Positions 63,196 through 64,000 of a stretch of 64,000 nt of DNA are shown piece after piece (position 1 is the first letter of the stretch; each line of letters starts with the position of its first letter). A program made the translations under genes and the position numbers. The notes under the pieces were generated by a model that was not told the DNA's origin, searched no databases, and saw only the letters and a program-made list of their open reading frames with translations. The stretch comes from a virus (taxonomy: Duplodnaviria; Heunggongvirae; Uroviricota; Caudoviricetes): the IMG/VR virus record IMGVR_UViG_3300037466_001520; one strand, written 5' to 3'.

Positions 63196-63518
63196 AAGTC
63201 GACCTCGACATGCACAAGCGGGAGAACCTGATCATCCACATCGAGGGGCTACAGGCGACCCTGACCAAGCGCAACAAGCGCATCGCCGAGCTGGAGGCCA
63301 TGCTAGCCGGGGAGGGTCAGGACGAGCGCCAGCAGCGCGCTCTGGATCGTGCCCGCAAGGAGGGCTGGCAGGCGTGCTCCGAACACCTGATGAGCGTCAC
63401 GGCTGAGGCCGCGCGGCAGCTCGGGAAGGTGCGCCGGGACGCTTGGGACCTCTACCTTGAGAAGGAGCGCGAGGCGACCGCGCGGGCGAGAGGGGAACTC
63501 GATGCTGGATCTGAGTAA
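63177..63518 (+). CDS. hypothetical coiled-coil protein
   Basis: 113-aa ORF. Confidence 0.5.
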   Translation: MAGEEVEVDLDMHKRENLIIHIEGLQATLTKRNKRIAELEAMLAGEGQDERQQRALDRARKEGWQACSEHLMSVTAEAARQLGKVRRDAWDLYLEKEREATARARGELDAGSE

Positions 63519-63726
63519 GGCGATTCTGGCAGGCCAGAGGACGCACATCACCACGCCCCAGAACACGGAGAGGATCATCCGCGCCGCGCTCCCGGAGATC
63601 GAGAAGGCCCTCGCCGATCAGGCCGACACCGAGGCCGACACCGAGGAGAACATGACCATGCGGGTCATCGCCGGGAACGCGGCCACATGGCTGCTGGGAA
63701 AGTCGAAGGAGCACGCCAATGGCTGA
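63500..63726 (+). CDS. hypothetical protein
   Basis: 75-aa ORF. Confidence 0.45.
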
Positions 63727-64000
63727 GGGCAAGGTCTTCATCAACGACGTCGAGTTCCCCACCGGGATCCTGAGGCTGATGTGCGACATGGCCGATCAGG
63801 CGGGTTGGGTCAGGTTCGCCGCACTGCCCGAGCGGGGGCCGATCAAGGTGTCGGAGCCCGAGCCGGGATACCTGCTCATCGACGGGGAGCGGATCGCGGT
63901 CGATGACCTCTTCGCGGACGCGGACAGGCTCTCGGGCCGCGAGACCTACCGCAAGGAAGACGGCGAGTGTATGCCCGAGGTGCTCAGCGACTTCGTCGGC
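63723..64000 (+). CDS. hypothetical protein, 5' part (continues past window end)
   Basis: ATG overlapping upstream TGA; open to nt 64000. Confidence 0.45.

Overview
This is a high-GC (~64%), almost entirely plus-strand window that reads as part of a large actinobacteriophage-type genome (inferred from gene content; no host or database identity can be asserted). Roughly 110 ORFs are supportable.

Content, start to end:
- A recombination/ATPase pair and a nucleotide-metabolism block: MazG-like, NrdH, NrdI, NrdE, NrdF.
- A Ro60 (TROVE+vWA) ortholog, followed by three large tRNA islands carrying about 34 tRNA genes.
- A modular endolysin plus an NlpC/P60 peptidase.
- DnaQ-like exonuclease, PLD-like (HKD) nuclease, a 722-aa GHKL ATPase, three HNH endonucleases and a SAM methyltransferase.
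- One minus-strand HTH-metallophosphoesterase gene.
- GT-B glycosyltransferase, DUF932-like protein, SPFH/band-7 protein.
- A tRNA/RNA end-healing cluster: Pnkp-like kinase-phosphatase, CCA-adding enzyme, PIN-PhoH, Pol-beta nucleotidyltransferase.
- WhiB-like regulator, DinG-like helicase, PrimPol-like primase-polymerase, D5/P4-type primase-helicase.
- An inverted (minus-strand) terminase module.
- A long run of ~50 small co-directional, translationally coupled 'early-type' genes.

The most interesting signal is directly downstream of the Ro60 gene, from a promoter embedded in an inverted repeat. Three tandem RNA modules there have circularly permuted tRNA topology: T-arm, then a 6-7-bp acceptor-like hairpin, then a D-arm, closed by long-range 5'/3' helices. 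This matches the YrlA / Y-RNA-mimic architecture. The modules are interleaved with bona fide tRNA-Thr and tRNA-Phe.

Three recurring intergenic motif families punctuate the genome: TTGACACTGTATAT; TTGAAAGGTGTATA; and a TTGCAA-GAA-TTGCAA dyad placed just upstream of ribosome-binding sites.

Coordinates of tRNAs and other RNA elements are hand-derived and may be off by 1-2 nt. CDS coordinates follow the supplied ORF track unless a different start is argued.
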